From the NCBI GenBank assembly GCA_041650935.1, contig JBAZKH010000005.1:1574-65573 (forward strand): a stretch of 64,000 nucleotides of DNA. Reading direction: 5' to 3'. Position numbers and translations under genes: made by a program. Positions within the stretch are counted from its first letter, which is position 1. Every line of letters starts with the position of its first letter. The stretch comes from Candidatus Omnitrophota bacterium (GTDB lineage: Bacteria > Omnitrophota > Gorgyraeia > 2-01-FULL-45-10). The notes beneath the pieces are model-generated. The model worked only from the letters and a program-made list of their open reading frames with translations. It was not told the origin of the DNA and made no database searches. Positions 9,996 to 20,566 of this stretch are shown here, piece by piece.

Positions 9996-10020
9996 TGTGG
10001 ATAACTTTTTACACGATTAC

Positions 10021-10668
10021 TTAGAAGTCGCCCCGTTTGCGGAATAGGCCCCGCAAATTCTTCATAAAGCCTTTCTTATCGGAGAGTTTCTTATCTTCGC
10101 TCTTGGCCTTCTCGGCGCGCCGCTCATCTTCCAGCGTAGGTTTCGACTTCGGGATAGTCTTCATCTTCGGTTCCATCTTCTTGACTTCCCTGTGTTTCTC
10201 CTCTTTCGGAGCATCTACCTTGGCCTCTTTCCCGGCGCCTTTTACTTCTGCCTCATGAGACGGCCGCGCGTCTTCTTTGGCCTTCTTCTTTTTGGGCAAT
10301 TTTTCCACGATCTTGCGTTCTGTAAGTTCTAAAAAGCACAGTTCGGCGCCGTCACCCCGCCTGAAACCCAATGGTATGATGCGGGTGTAACCGCTCGCGC
10401 GATCCTTGAATAGCGGCGCTATCTCTTTAAACAATTTTCCGACGAGATCACGGTCCGCCAGTACTACATATGCCTGCCTGCGGTTATTGACGGTATCTGT
10501 CTTGCCTAATGTAATGAGGTGCTCGGCTAACCGTCTTACGTTTTTGGCCCTTTCGAGGATTATCTTTATACGCTGATATTTAAATAAACTCTTTACGATA
10601 TTGCGCAGGGCCGCTTTCCTGTGGCTGGTCTTCATCCCCAGCTTCGAACGCCGTTTTCTGTGTCTCAT
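10021..10668 (-). CDS. rplQ: 50S ribosomal protein L17 with about 90-aa K/E-rich C-terminal extension
   Basis: N-terminal 125 aa is canonical L17; total 215 aa. Confidence 0.9.
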   Translation of the reverse strand: MRHRKRRSKLGMKTSHRKAALRNIVKSLFKYQRIKIILERAKNVRRLAEHLITLGKTDTVNNRRQAYVVLADRDLVGKLFKEIAPLFKDRASGYTRIIPLGFRRGDGAELCFLELTERKIVEKLPKKKKAKEDARPSHEAEVKGAGKEAKVDAPKEEKHREVKKMEPKMKTIPKSKPTLEDERRAEKAKSEDKKLSDKKGFMKNLRGLFRKRGDF

Positions 10669-10669
10669 A

Positions 10670-11662
10670 TTATTCCGACTCTTCCTTCTTAGCCGGCTCC
10701 TCTATCTTCATACCCAAAGAGAGCCCCATGCCGACAAGGATCTTATTGATCTCCGCCAGGGATTTCTTACCGAAATTCCTGTATTTGAGCATCTCCAGCT
10801 CGCTTCTCCTGACAAGATCGCCTATTGTCTTGATCCTCGCCTCTCTCAGGCAATTGGAGCTCCTCACCGACAGTTCCAGCTCGGATATGGGGACTTTGAG
10901 CTTCTCCCTTAACTGCTTCTGCTCCTCCGTTTCAACCGGCGCTTCTTCCTCTTCCGGCAGTTTCCCGAAACCGACAAATATATCAAGATGCCTCTGGAGA
11001 ATATTCGAAGCGTAAAGCAGCGCTTCTTTAGGCTCTATCGAGCCGTTGGTCAATACTTCCAGTATCAGTTTATCGTAATCCGTTATCTGGCCGACCCTTG
11101 TATTCTCGACCAGGAAATTCACCCTGGTAACCGGTGTAAATATCGAATCGACCGCAATAACGCCTATCGGCTGTCCTTCTTTTTTGTTCCTTTCGGCGGG
11201 GACATATCCTCTTCCGCGCGCAACCTCCATCTCCATCCTGAAAGGAACGTTCTTTGTCAGCGTACAGATATAAAGGTCGGGATTTACGATCTCAACCGTC
11301 TCGTCGGCCTTAATATTCTTAGCCGTAATCACGCCTTTCTTTTCGACATCTATCACCATCGGCTTCGGGATCTTGAAATGCGACTTAAGAATGAGCCTCT
11401 TTATGTTCAGGATTATCTGCGGGACATCCTCCACGACACCGTTTATGGCAGAAAACTCGTGATGGACACCGTCGATCTTTATGCTCGTAACAGCCGTGCC
11501 CTCGATAGAGGATATGAGAACCCTGCGCAAGGAATTGCCGACAGTTACTCCGTATCCGCGCTCGAAAGGCTCGGCAACGAACCGCCCGTAAGTCGGGGTG
11601 TACGTCGCCTCTTCGAGCATCAATTTCTTAGGCATTTCGAAATTCTTCATACTTATACCCAT
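10670..11662 (-). CDS. rpoA: DNA-directed RNA polymerase subunit alpha
   Basis: 330 aa, canonical alpha NTD/CTD. Confidence 0.92.
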   Translation of the reverse strand: MGISMKNFEMPKKLMLEEATYTPTYGRFVAEPFERGYGVTVGNSLRRVLISSIEGTAVTSIKIDGVHHEFSAINGVVEDVPQIILNIKRLILKSHFKIPKPMVIDVEKKGVITAKNIKADETVEIVNPDLYICTLTKNVPFRMEMEVARGRGYVPAERNKKEGQPIGVIAVDSIFTPVTRVNFLVENTRVGQITDYDKLILEVLTNGSIEPKEALLYASNILQRHLDIFVGFGKLPEEEEAPVETEEQKQLREKLKVPISELELSVRSSNCLREARIKTIGDLVRRSELEMLKYRNFGKKSLAEINKILVGMGLSLGMKIEEPAKKEESE

Positions 11663-11696
11663 ATCGCGTTTCCTCCAGTATATAACTGCGCCGTGC

Positions 11697-12323
11697 TTAT
11701 TTCGAATACAACTCTACTATCAACTGCTCCTGTATCGGGAATCCCACATCTTCTTTGGTGGGCATTGCCGTCACCTTGCATTTGAAATTTTTCGAATCGA
11801 CTTCGATCCACTTAGGTATAGACCTGTCCTTCAGCGCCTCGAAAGTTTCCGAAAGCCGCTTCCTGGCGGGATCTTTCATTTTAATGACTACTTCCTGTCC
11901 CGCCTTAACAACGTAAGCGGGAATATCTACGCGCCGGCCATTAACGCTGACCTGGCCATGCTGCACTATCTGGCGCGCCTCGGCCCTCGAATTGGCGAAG
12001 TTCATCCTGAAAATAACATTATCGAGCCGTCTCTCAAGAAGCTGTAATAGCGTAAGTCCCGTTACGCCCTTGGAACGTTCCGCCATCCTAAAATAGTGCC
12101 TGAACTGTCTTTCCAGGACACCGTATATCCTCTTTACCTTCTGCTTTTCCCTGAGCTGGACGCCATAGTTAGACTCTTTCTTTCTTGCCTGCCCATGCTG
12201 GCCCGGAGCGAAATCCCTCCTGGTAAGCGCGCATTTCTCGCCATTACATCTCGAGCCTTTTAAAAATAATTTAACACCCTCCCGCCTGCAGAGCCTGCAT
12301 GACGGACCGATATTCCTTGCCAT
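11697..12323 (-). CDS. rpsD: 30S ribosomal protein S4
   Basis: 208 aa, S4 with N-terminal Cys cluster. Confidence 0.92.
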   Translation of the reverse strand: MARNIGPSCRLCRREGVKLFLKGSRCNGEKCALTRRDFAPGQHGQARKKESNYGVQLREKQKVKRIYGVLERQFRHYFRMAERSKGVTGLTLLQLLERRLDNVIFRMNFANSRAEARQIVQHGQVSVNGRRVDIPAYVVKAGQEVVIKMKDPARKRLSETFEALKDRSIPKWIEVDSKNFKCKVTAMPTKEDVGFPIQEQLIVELYSK

Positions 12324-12718
12324 TACACTCTCCTTCGCTTCTGCGGACGACAGCCGTTGTGCGGGATAGGGGTTACGTCCCGGATCGACCTGATCGTAAG
12401 GCCAGCCGCCTGTATAGACCTTATCGCCGATTCCCTGCCGGCGCCCGGCCCCTTCACATAAACCTCAACCTCTTTGACTCCGCGTTCGACCGCCTTCTTA
12501 GCGGCATTCTCAGCCGCGATGCCGGCCGCAAACGGCGTCGACTTCTTCGAGCCCTTGAATCCCGAGCTCCCTGTAGATGCCCACGTTATCGTATTGCCCT
12601 CTTTATCGGTAATGGTAACGATCGTGTTATTAAATGTCGCGAGTATACGCGCTATACCGCTCGCCGCTGCGTGAAGTGTCTTCTTAACCTTCTTTACATT
12701 ACTTTTTTTCTGCTCCAC
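12323..12718 (-). CDS. rpsK: 30S ribosomal protein S11
   Basis: 131 aa. Confidence 0.92.
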   Translation of the reverse strand: MEQKKSNVKKVKKTLHAAASGIARILATFNNTIVTITDKEGNTITWASTGSSGFKGSKKSTPFAAGIAAENAAKKAVERGVKEVEVYVKGPGAGRESAIRSIQAAGLTIRSIRDVTPIPHNGCRPQKRRRV

Positions 12719-13112
12719 TGTCTTTCGTTACCGTCCTTTCTGCCTTTTGTCTTACAACACCTACGGTCTTCCTGGGGCCTTTCCTCGTCCTAGCATTCGT
12801 CCGCGTCCTTTGCCCCCTCACCGGCAGACCTTTCCTGTGCCTGAAACCTCTGTAACTCCCTATATCGATCAGTCTCTTGATATTGGCAGAGATCTCGCGG
12901 CGCAGGTCGCCTTCGACCTTGTAGTCTTTCTGGATAACCGACGACAGGCGCGCGATCTCTTCTTCCGTAAGATCTTTGGCGCGCTTATCCGGATTGACGT
13001 TCGCTATCTTCAATATCTTATTGGAAAGCGCCCGTCCTATCCCGTATATGTATCCCAACGCGATCTCTATTCTCTTCTCCTTAGGTAAATCAACACCAAC
13101 TATTCTCGGCAT
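12699..13112 (-). CDS. rpsM: 30S ribosomal protein S13
   Basis: 137 aa; AGAGGAGAG SD. Confidence 0.92.
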   Translation of the reverse strand: MPRIVGVDLPKEKRIEIALGYIYGIGRALSNKILKIANVNPDKRAKDLTEEEIARLSSVIQKDYKVEGDLRREISANIKRLIDIGSYRGFRHRKGLPVRGQRTRTNARTRKGPRKTVGVVRQKAERTVTKDSGAEKK

Positions 13113-13211
13113 CTTCTCTCCTCTTAAACGACTGTCTTGTCGTTCGTCGTTCGTATATCGTATTTCGCAACCATGCAGCGATATACTAGCTGCGAACGAC
13201 TAACGACGAAA

Positions 13212-13325
13212 TTATCCCTGCCTCTGTTTATGTTTTGGATTCGCGCATATTATTATAAGCGTACCTTTGCGGCGTACGACTTTACATTTTGGGCAAATCT
13301 TCCGTATACTCGATCTGACTTTCAT
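13212..13325 (-). CDS. rpmJ: 50S ribosomal protein L36
   Basis: 37 aa [37 protein letters not shown]; absent from the ORF track (below 60 aa); found by hand translation. Confidence 0.85.
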   Translation of the reverse strand: MKVRSSIRKICPKCKVVRRKGTLIIICANPKHKQRQG

Positions 13326-13389
13326 GGTTCGGTACCCCTTTTAAACGATTTCGAACTCACCATGAACCCTACAGCCTTAAGGGTTCATG
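13326..13389 (-). repeat. Structured about 65-nt leader element (copy A) between infA and rpmJ
   Basis: CATGAACCC-loop-GGGTTCATG hairpin plus GTGAGTTCGAAA...AAGGGGTACCGAACC immediately before rpmJ ATG. Confidence 0.6.
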
Positions 13390-13611
13390 TTATTTTTCTC
13401 TCCGGATTATTCTTCCCCTCGAAAGATCGTAGGGCGACAATTCCAACGTCACGCTATCACCGGGGAGGATCCTTATAAAGTTCATCCTCATCTTTCCGGA
13501 AACATGCGCCAGCACCCTGTGGCCATTCGGCAGTTCTACCCTGAACATCGCATTGGGCAGAGTCTCCAATACTTTTCCTTCAACCGTTATCGCTTCTTCT
13601 TTCGGGCTCAT
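13390..13611 (-). CDS. infA: Translation initiation factor IF-1
   Basis: 73 aa S1-like OB fold. Confidence 0.92.
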   Translation of the reverse strand: MSPKEEAITVEGKVLETLPNAMFRVELPNGHRVLAHVSGKMRMNFIRILPGDSVTLELSPYDLSRGRIIRREK

Positions 13612-13623
13612 ATTTTTCCGGTC

Positions 13624-14367
13624 CTATTCCGTAAGTATCTCCGGCCCGTTAGCCGTAACCGCGATCGTATGCTCAAAATGGGCCGAAAGCTTCCTGTCCT
13701 TCGTAACTATCGACCAGCCGTCATCCAATGTTTCGACTTCGAATGTCCCGGCGTTAACCATGGGCTCTATGGCCAATACCATGCCCGGTTCAAGGATGGG
13801 CCCCATTCCGGCCTTACCAAAATTCGGTATCTCGGGCTCTTCGTGAATCCGCGTTCCTATCCCGTGCCCGACGAGCGCCCTTACAACACCAAACCCGTTC
13901 GATTCTACGTACTCTTGTATGGCATGCGACAGGTCCGTCAGATGCCTGCCGGAGTACGCATGTTCAATTCCTATATAAAGAGCTTTTCGCGTTACTTCTA
14001 TCAGCCTGCCGGCCGATTCGCTTATCGCGCCGATCCCGACCGTTATTGCGCCGTCCGCGTAGTAATCCCGGAACTTTACGCCGACATCTATAGAAAGTAT
14101 GTCGCCGTCCCTCAATTTTCTATCCGACGGTATTCCATGCACCACCGTCTCGTTTATAGAAGCGCAGATGTTGCCGGGAAACCCTTTGTAACCCTTAAAA
14201 GCCGGAAAGCCGCCGCGTTTTATTATTTCATCGCGCGCTATGGCATCCAGTTCTTTTGTCTGGATCCCCACCCCGGCGCTTTTCTTCAATCGTTTAAGCG
14301 TCTGCGCCAGTATCCTGCCGGCCTCTCTTACCTCAGCTATTTCGTCTTTGGACCGCAGGACGATCAT
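13624..14367 (-). CDS. map: Methionine aminopeptidase type I
   Basis: 247 aa, metal ligands D..D..H..E..E. Confidence 0.9.
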   Translation of the reverse strand: MIVLRSKDEIAEVREAGRILAQTLKRLKKSAGVGIQTKELDAIARDEIIKRGGFPAFKGYKGFPGNICASINETVVHGIPSDRKLRDGDILSIDVGVKFRDYYADGAITVGIGAISESAGRLIEVTRKALYIGIEHAYSGRHLTDLSHAIQEYVESNGFGVVRALVGHGIGTRIHEEPEIPNFGKAGMGPILEPGMVLAIEPMVNAGTFEVETLDDGWSIVTKDRKLSAHFEHTIAVTANGPEILTE

Positions 14368-15020
14368 GCAAGCTTCGCTTCAGCGAAGATCTGTGAAAGA
14401 ACCTTAAAGAGCTCGCCTACCGGCAAATCCCCCGAAACTTTTTTCAGGATGCCTTTTCGCGCATAATAATCGACGAGCGGCTTAGTCTGGTCCTCGTAAA
14501 CTTTCAACCGGTTCAGGACCGTCGCCTCATTATCGTCCGGCCTCTGATATAGCGGCCCGCCGCACTTATCACACACGCCGCCTTTCCTGGGAGGCATATT
14601 CCGCACGTGATAATTGAAGCCGCAATTTTTGCAGACCCTGCGGCCCGTAAGCCTCTCGATCGCCACCTTGGATGATGTCTGGAAAAATAGCACCATGTCG
14701 ATATCCGAATGCATGTTTTCCAGCGCCTCATCAAGGCCGGCGGCCTGATTAACGGTCCGCGGGAACCCGTCTAGGATAAAACCTTTTTTCGTGTCCGGAT
14801 TTTTCAATCTTTCGGCGACTATTCCGATAACAACTTCGTCGGGGACAAGTTCGCCTTTATCCATGTACAACTTTGCCTTAAGCCCTAAAGGAAGAGCGGC
14901 TTTGACCGACTCCCTCAATATGTCACCTGTCGAGATATGCGGCAATTTGTAGCTTTTCGACAGTTCAACACTCTGTGTCCCTTTTCCTGCGCCCGGAGGC
15001 CCTAACAAAATTAATTTCAT
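14364..15020 (-). CDS. adk: Adenylate kinase (Zn-binding lid CxxC..CxxC)
   Basis: 218 aa; 'GPPGAGKGT' P-loop. Confidence 0.92.
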   Translation of the reverse strand: MKLILLGPPGAGKGTQSVELSKSYKLPHISTGDILRESVKAALPLGLKAKLYMDKGELVPDEVVIGIVAERLKNPDTKKGFILDGFPRTVNQAAGLDEALENMHSDIDMVLFFQTSSKVAIERLTGRRVCKNCGFNYHVRNMPPRKGGVCDKCGGPLYQRPDDNEATVLNRLKVYEDQTKPLVDYYARKGILKKVSGDLPVGELFKVLSQIFAEAKLA

Positions 15021-15033
15021 TGGTATTTATTCC

Positions 15034-16383
15034 CTATGACATCCGGGCTTTCAATTTGCCCTTCTTCATGAAACCTTCATAATGCCGCATCAAAAGATGC
15101 GACTCTATCTGCTTCATCGTATCGAGCATAACGCCGACGATGATAAGCAGTCCCGTGCCGCCGAAGAAGCTCGCCACAAGATACGGTATCTTGAGAGCTC
15201 CCGAAATTATGCTGGGGAAGACCGCGATAAGCGCCAGGAATATCGCGCCCGGAAATGTGATACGCGTCATTATAAAATCGAGATATTCGGCCGTCTGCCT
15301 TCCGGGGCGTATGCCCGGAACGAATCCGCCGTACTTCTTCATATTATCCGATATATCGATCGGGTTGAACGTTATTGCCGTATAAAAGTAGGCAAAGAAT
15401 ACGATAAGAAGCGCGTATATTGAATTATATAACCATTCACCCCGCGTCAGCGCCTGCGCAAAGTTCTGAAACCCCTGGTGCGGTATAAAGCCCGCTATAG
15501 TTGCCGGAAAGAGAATTATGCTCTGCGCAAATATAATAGGTATTACGCCGGCCTGGTTGACCCGCAGCGGCAAAAATGTCGCCTGGCCGCCATAGACCTT
15601 CCTGCCTACCACCCGTTTTGCGTATTGCACAGGGATCTTCCGCTGGCCCTGCGTCACGACTATTACCGCAACGACTACGGCCACCAGCATCACGATCATC
15701 AGGATTAGCGTGAACGGATCGAGCTGTGCTTTTTCCGGCGCAAACGGCGAAAATAGCGCCCATAACTGGTAGAGCGCCGTCGGTATCCTCGAAACTATAC
15801 CTGCTGTAATTATAAGAGACATGCCGTTCCCGATCCCGTACTCCTGGATCTGTTCGCCCAGCCACATTATGAACGCGGTACCGCTGGTAAGCGTAATCAC
15901 CGTAAGTATCCTGAAAGACCACCCGGGGAACTGGACTATCTGCAGACCCTGGAACCTTGCGGGATTCTCGAGCCACATTGCTATAAAGAACGATTGGATC
16001 ACCGAGAGAACGATCGTGCCGTAACGCGTATACTGCACGATCTTCTTGTGCCCGGCCTCGCCCTCTTTTGCCAGCTTTTCGAGCGCGGGTATTACAGCTG
16101 TCAGCAATTGTATAATGATCGACGATGATATATACGGCATTATCCCGAGCGCAAATATGGTAAGGCGCGATATGGCGCCTCCGGAAAACATATTCATTAT
16201 TCCAAAGAGCGCCCCGCCCTGCGATTGCGCCAGGTTCGCGAAAAACTGCGCCAGCTTTGCGCCGTCTATGCCGGGTGTCGGGATGTACGTGCCTATCCTA
16301 TAAACCGCTATCAGGCCCAGAGTAAAAAATATCTTTTTCCTCAGGTCCGGTATCTTTACGATATTTGCGAACGCCTGCAGCAT
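15034..16383 (-). CDS. secY: Preprotein translocase subunit SecY
   Basis: 449 aa, 10 TM. Confidence 0.92.
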   Translation of the reverse strand: MLQAFANIVKIPDLRKKIFFTLGLIAVYRIGTYIPTPGIDGAKLAQFFANLAQSQGGALFGIMNMFSGGAISRLTIFALGIMPYISSSIIIQLLTAVIPALEKLAKEGEAGHKKIVQYTRYGTIVLSVIQSFFIAMWLENPARFQGLQIVQFPGWSFRILTVITLTSGTAFIMWLGEQIQEYGIGNGMSLIITAGIVSRIPTALYQLWALFSPFAPEKAQLDPFTLILMIVMLVAVVVAVIVVTQGQRKIPVQYAKRVVGRKVYGGQATFLPLRVNQAGVIPIIFAQSIILFPATIAGFIPHQGFQNFAQALTRGEWLYNSIYALLIVFFAYFYTAITFNPIDISDNMKKYGGFVPGIRPGRQTAEYLDFIMTRITFPGAIFLALIAVFPSIISGALKIPYLVASFFGGTGLLIIVGVMLDTMKQIESHLLMRHYEGFMKKGKLKARMS

Positions 16384-16390
16384 TTTTTCC

Positions 16391-16837
16391 TTATGCTTTT
16401 ATATACTCTGCTTTCGCGCCGGCCGATTCGAGAGCCCGCCGCGCGCTTTCCGAAAACCTTGCGGCCTTGACCGTCAGGGCCTTGGACAACTTCCCTTTTC
16501 CTAAAATCTTTACCGGCTCATTTACGCTTCCTATCAGGCCCGCTTTTTTGAATTCGACCGGCCCGACGGTAGAGTTGCTTTCGAAACGATTCAGGGATTC
16601 GATATTGACCACCTGATAACCGTTCTTGAATAACGCGTTAAAACCCTTTTTCGGGATGCGCCGTATAAGCGGCATCTGCCCGCCTTCGAATCCCGGCCTG
16701 GTCGTCCTGCCTGAACGTTTCAGGGCGCCCTTACGCCCGCGGCACGCATTCTTTCCATGACCGGATCCGCAGCCGCGTCCGCGCCTCTTAGTCTTTCTGT
16801 TTGCGCCTTTCGGCATCGGTATATCCGTTATCCTCAT
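16391..16837 (-). CDS. rplO: 50S ribosomal protein L15
   Basis: 148 aa; immediately follows rpsE, no rpmD in between. Confidence 0.9.
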   Translation of the reverse strand: MRITDIPMPKGANRKTKRRGRGCGSGHGKNACRGRKGALKRSGRTTRPGFEGGQMPLIRRIPKKGFNALFKNGYQVVNIESLNRFESNSTVGPVEFKKAGLIGSVNEPVKILGKGKLSKALTVKAARFSESARRALESAGAKAEYIKA

Positions 16838-17496
16838 ATGATCTTTCTTTCTAAGCGCAGCTTTTTAAGGCCCTCCATGGCCGCCTTCACAACGTTAAGC
16901 GCAGAATCCGATCCAAGGCTCTTGGTTAAAATATCCTTTATTCCGCCCGCCTCGCAGATTGCGCGCACAGCGCCGCCGGCTATTACACCGGTGCCTTCTA
17001 CCGCCGGCTTCAACAGAACTCTGGCCGCCTTATAATGGCCTATGATCTCGTGTGGGATACTCGTCCCTTTCAACGACAGCCTGAAGAAATTCTTCTTTGC
17101 GTCATTTAAACCTTTCCTGATAGCATCGGCAACTTCGTTTCCTTTACCGAAGCCGACACCCACACTCCCTTTTCCGTCGCCCGCGACTACCAGCGCATTG
17201 AAGGAAAACCTGCGGCCGCCTTTGACTACTTTGGCTACTCTCTTTATCGTAACAACTTTTTCAATCAGGCCGTCATCATCGGTTCCCCTGCCCTGTCCAC
17301 GCCGGCCGCCGTCTCTCTGCGACCTCCCGCCCTTAGGTCTTCTTGTGCGGGCGCGGGACTGCTGGGGAGCTCCGCCCTGCGCCGCGGCCGGGGCTTGCGC
17401 CGCTGTCGGTGCTTCAGGGGCTTTCCCTGCCGCAGCCTGGTCTTGGACTGGCGGAGTTTCCTTCTTCTCTTTATTATCGCTATCTGGATTTTGCAA
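16834..17496 (-). CDS. rpsE: 30S ribosomal protein S5 with about 75-aa A/P/Q/R/G-rich N-terminal extension (TTG start)
   Basis: Core S5 from '[23 protein letters not shown]'; first codon TTG at 17496 preceded by AAGAGGAGC SD 9 nt upstream; no internal Met before the core. Confidence 0.85.
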   Translation of the reverse strand: MQNPDSDNKEKKETPPVQDQAAAGKAPEAPTAAQAPAAAQGGAPQQSRARTRRPKGGRSQRDGGRRGQGRGTDDDGLIEKVVTIKRVAKVVKGGRRFSFNALVVAGDGKGSVGVGFGKGNEVADAIRKGLNDAKKNFFRLSLKGTSIPHEIIGHYKAARVLLKPAVEGTGVIAGGAVRAICEAGGIKDILTKSLGSDSALNVVKAAMEGLKKLRLERKII

Positions 17497-17522
17497 TTTA
17501 CCTGCTCCTCTTTGGTTTAGTC

Positions 17523-17891
17523 TTAAAACTTCACTCCGCCTTTACGAAGCGCATCAGCAAGCGTCTTCACCTTCCCATGATAAGTATATCCGGAGCGATC
17601 GAAGACGATAGCCGTAATACCCTTCTCCTTGCACATATCCGCAACCGCACTTCCGAGAAGCGCGGCGCCTTTGACATTTCCGGCGTCTTTCTTGATCTTA
17701 TCCTTAAGGAGCGGGGAATTGGTCGCGAGCGCTACAAGGGTACGCCCTTCCGCATCGTCAATCACCTGGACATAGGTATTCTTCAGGCTTCTGTAAACGC
17801 TCAGTCTGGGGCGCGCACTCGTTCCGGAAACCTTCTTCCGGATTATCTTATGCCTCCTTACCCTGCCTTCTATCTTTATCCACTTCTTCAT
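17523..17891 (-). CDS. rplR: 50S ribosomal protein L18
   Basis: 122 aa. Confidence 0.92.
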   Translation of the reverse strand: MKKWIKIEGRVRRHKIIRKKVSGTSARPRLSVYRSLKNTYVQVIDDAEGRTLVALATNSPLLKDKIKKDAGNVKGAALLGSAVADMCKEKGITAIVFDRSGYTYHGKVKTLADALRKGGVKF

Positions 17892-17990
17892 GGTTCGGTA
17901 CTCCCCTTAAATACTTTCGAACTCACCATGAACCCTACAGCCTGCCAAAGGGTCCATGGTTCGGTACCCCGCTTAAATTTTTACCTTCTA
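17892..17990 (-). repeat. Structured leader element (copy B, 1.3 units) between rplF and rplR
   Basis: About 85% identical to copy A, ends in AAGGGGAGTACCGAACC-ATG of rplR. Confidence 0.6.
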
Positions 17991-18551
17991 TTACGCGCCG
18001 CCGGGCCCGCCGGCGCCTGCCACAGCCTTACCGGCTTTGCGCCTTACGTGCTCACCGGCATACTTTATGCCTTTTCCTTTATACGGCTCCGGCCTGTAGA
18101 AATCCCTTATCTCCGCCGCAACCTCTCCGACCTTGGCCTTGTCGGTCCCTTTGATCGTGACAATATTGGGCTTGGGCGTTTCGACAGTAACTCCGTCGGG
18201 TATATTATAGTTGATCGGGTGAGAATAGCTCAACTGGAGGTTCAGGATTTTCCCCTGTACCGCGGCTTTGAATCCCACGCCGGTTATCTCCAGCTCTTTA
18301 TGATATCCGGCCGTAACCCCGATGATCATATTATTGACAAGACTGCGTATGAGCCCGTGAGTTGCCTTATCCTGCTTTGTATCGGACGGCCTGGCTATCA
18401 CAACAACGTTATCCTTGACCTCGACCTTAAAGCCGGGCTTAAAAGAATAGTTAAGCTTACCTTTCGGTCCTTCTATAGTTATTGTATTCGCGCTTACCGC
18501 GGCTTTTACGCCGCCGGGTATTGCAACCGGTTTTTTACCTATACGTGACAT
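17991..18551 (-). CDS. rplF: 50S ribosomal protein L6
   Basis: Start placed at Met24 of the track ORF (MSRIGKKPV), AGAGGAAG SD; track ORF extends to 18620 overlapping rpsH. Confidence 0.88.
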   Translation of the reverse strand: MSRIGKKPVAIPGGVKAAVSANTITIEGPKGKLNYSFKPGFKVEVKDNVVVIARPSDTKQDKATHGLIRSLVNNMIIGVTAGYHKELEITGVGFKAAVQGKILNLQLSYSHPINYNIPDGVTVETPKPNIVTIKGTDKAKVGEVAAEIRDFYRPEPYKGKGIKYAGEHVRRKAGKAVAGAGGPGGA

Positions 18552-18567
18552 TTTCTTCCTCTTCTGG

Positions 18568-18966
18568 CTACCATGCGTAACAGATAACTTCGCCGCCGAC
18601 TTTTCCTTCGCGCGCTTCATTATCCGTCATTAAACCTTTTGAAGTAGAGATAACTGCTACACCCAGCCCGCCATATACCCTGGGCAATTCATCAGCTTGT
18701 TTATAGACCCTTAAGCCCGGCCTGGAGATGCGCTTTATACCTAACATCGCGGGCGTACCGTCTTTGTCATATTTAAAATAGACTCTCAAAAGCCCCTGCT
18801 TCGTATCCTTGATGAGCTTATAATTGGCTACAAAGCCTTCACGTTTAAGGATTTTGACTATCTCTTCCGTGAGCTTGGAATTCTTCAGCTCGGCAACTTC
18901 TTTTCCGGCCCTGCTCGCATTTCTTAATATTGTCAGCGCATCCGCTATGGAATCCGTAACCGCCAT
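18568..18966 (-). CDS. rpsH: 30S ribosomal protein S8
   Basis: Start at MAVTDSIAD (UAGGAGAUG SD); track ORF extends to 19029. Confidence 0.88.
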   Translation of the reverse strand: MAVTDSIADALTILRNASRAGKEVAELKNSKLTEEIVKILKREGFVANYKLIKDTKQGLLRVYFKYDKDGTPAMLGIKRISRPGLRVYKQADELPRVYGGLGVAVISTSKGLMTDNEAREGKVGGEVICYAW

Positions 18967-19060
18967 CTTATCATCTCCTATGACTACTCGTCTCGTTATT
19001 CGCCGTTCGCATTTAGTATATCGCAGCAAAAATACGACATACGAACGACTAACGATGAAT

Positions 19061-19246
19061 TTACCAGCTTGCCTTTACAACGCCAGGGATCTCGCCCCTG
19101 GACGCAAGCTCTCTGAAGCATATTCTGCAGAGCTGAAACCTGCGGATAAAACCTCTTGGCCTGCCGCACAACTTGCAGCGGTTATACTTCCGGGCTTTAA
19201 ATTTTGGTTTCCGCGCCTGTTTTACAATAAGCGATGTCTTCGCCAT
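19061..19246 (-). CDS. rpsZ: 30S ribosomal protein S14 type Z (zinc-binding, 61 aa)
   Basis: CxxC...CxxC motif (CKLCGR...CRIC). Confidence 0.9.
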   Translation of the reverse strand: MAKTSLIVKQARKPKFKARKYNRCKLCGRPRGFIRRFQLCRICFRELASRGEIPGVVKASW

Positions 19247-19295
19247 TTTTTCGTCTTTCGTTATTAGTCATCCGCATCCCGTCACGATATACGAT

Positions 19296-19859
19296 TTACG
19301 AACTACGAGATACTGTTTTTGCAAACGGCATACCCAGAAGACGCAGAAGTTCATATGCCTCGTCCCTCGTCTTGGCCGTTGTACATACTATTATGTCCAT
19401 ACCATGAACCTTCATTACTTTGTCGACATCTATCTCGGGGAATATCAACTGTTCGTTCAGGCCAAAAGCGTAATTGCCGCCCTTATCGAACGAATCCGGC
19501 GACAAGCCCCTGAAGTCCCTTATTCTCGGTATGGCCACGGATATCATCCTATCCAGAAACTCATACATCCTCGAGCGCCTCAGCGTTACCTTGCAGCCTA
19601 CTGCCGAGCCCCGCCTTATCTTGAAATTAGCGATTGCCTTCTTCGATTTCGTCACGACGGGTTTCTGCCCGGTAATCATAGCAAGCTCACTTGCGGCAGT
19701 ATCGAGCAATTTAATATCCTGTACCGCCTCGCCCAATCCTATATTTATCACTATCTTTGAGAGCTTCGGCACTTCCATCTTATTCTTGTAATTGAAGGCC
19801 TTCATCATCTCCGGCGCTATTTCGGTCCTGTATCTTTCCAAAAGCCTTGGAGTAGTCAT
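19296..19859 (-). CDS. rplE: 50S ribosomal protein L5
   Basis: Start at Met11 (ATG 19859) with AAGAGGUA SD, 2 nt after rplX stop; track ORF begins at a TTG at 19889. Confidence 0.88.
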   Translation of the reverse strand: MTTPRLLERYRTEIAPEMMKAFNYKNKMEVPKLSKIVINIGLGEAVQDIKLLDTAASELAMITGQKPVVTKSKKAIANFKIRRGSAVGCKVTLRRSRMYEFLDRMISVAIPRIRDFRGLSPDSFDKGGNYAFGLNEQLIFPEIDVDKVMKVHGMDIIVCTTAKTRDEAYELLRLLGMPFAKTVSRSS

Positions 19860-19861
19860 CT

Positions 19862-20173
19862 TTACAATACCTCTTTGCATCTTTTGCAATATCTCGACTT
19901 TGTACCATCAGCCAGGACATTTATGCCCACACCTGCGGGTTTGTTACATGTTTTGCACAAAACGGCAATATTGGACAGCTGGATAGGGCTCTCCTTTTGG
20001 ACGATGCCGCCCTGCTGGTCCTGCTTGGACTTCCTCATATGCTTCTTAACGTAATTTATACCTTCCACAAAGGCTTTGCCGGACTTGTTGTTAACCCTGA
20101 AGACTTTGCCCGTCTTGCCCTTATCTTTGCCGCACAAAACATATACCATATCGTTCTTCTTTATCTTATTCAC
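19862..20173 (-). CDS. rplX: 50S ribosomal protein L24
   Basis: 103 aa KOW domain. Confidence 0.92.
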   Translation of the reverse strand: MNKIKKNDMVYVLCGKDKGKTGKVFRVNNKSGKAFVEGINYVKKHMRKSKQDQQGGIVQKESPIQLSNIAVLCKTCNKPAGVGINVLADGTKSRYCKRCKEVL

Positions 20174-20180
20174 ATTTTCC

Positions 20181-20549
20181 TCACAATACTTCCGGCGCCA
20201 GGGATATTATCTTCATAAAATTTTTATCGCGCAACTCCCTCGCCACCGGTCCGAATATCCTCGTACCCCTAGGATTCATCTGGTCATCTATTATAACAAC
20301 CGCGTTCCTGTCGAATTTCAGGCGAGTACCGTCAGGTCTTGTTATCGGAAATGCCGCCCTCACGATAACGCCTTTAACGACTTCGTGGTTCTTGACAATG
20401 GCGTCCGGAGACGCTTCCTTGATATTACAGGTAATGATGTCGCCTATGTCGGCGTACCGCCTGTTCTGCCTCTTCAAAACGCCGATCATCGACGCGCGTT
20501 TGGCGCCGGTATTATCCGCAACATCCAAAATTGTACGCATCCTGATCAT
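20181..20549 (-). CDS. rplN: 50S ribosomal protein L14
   Basis: 122 aa. Confidence 0.93.
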   Translation of the reverse strand: MIRMRTILDVADNTGAKRASMIGVLKRQNRRYADIGDIITCNIKEASPDAIVKNHEVVKGVIVRAAFPITRPDGTRLKFDRNAVVIIDDQMNPRGTRIFGPVARELRDKNFMKIISLAPEVL

Positions 20550-20566
20550 CTCTTAACCTCTTCGCT

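Noticed and set aside
13387-14466. Long plus-strand ORFs antisense to map/infA, rplF/rplR (17343-18548), leuC (7716-8618), rpoC (30628-31494, 31501-32466) and others
   Set aside because: They are antisense to highly conserved genes, show no SD or homology, and have stop-poor reverse frames typical of GC-moderate coding DNA.
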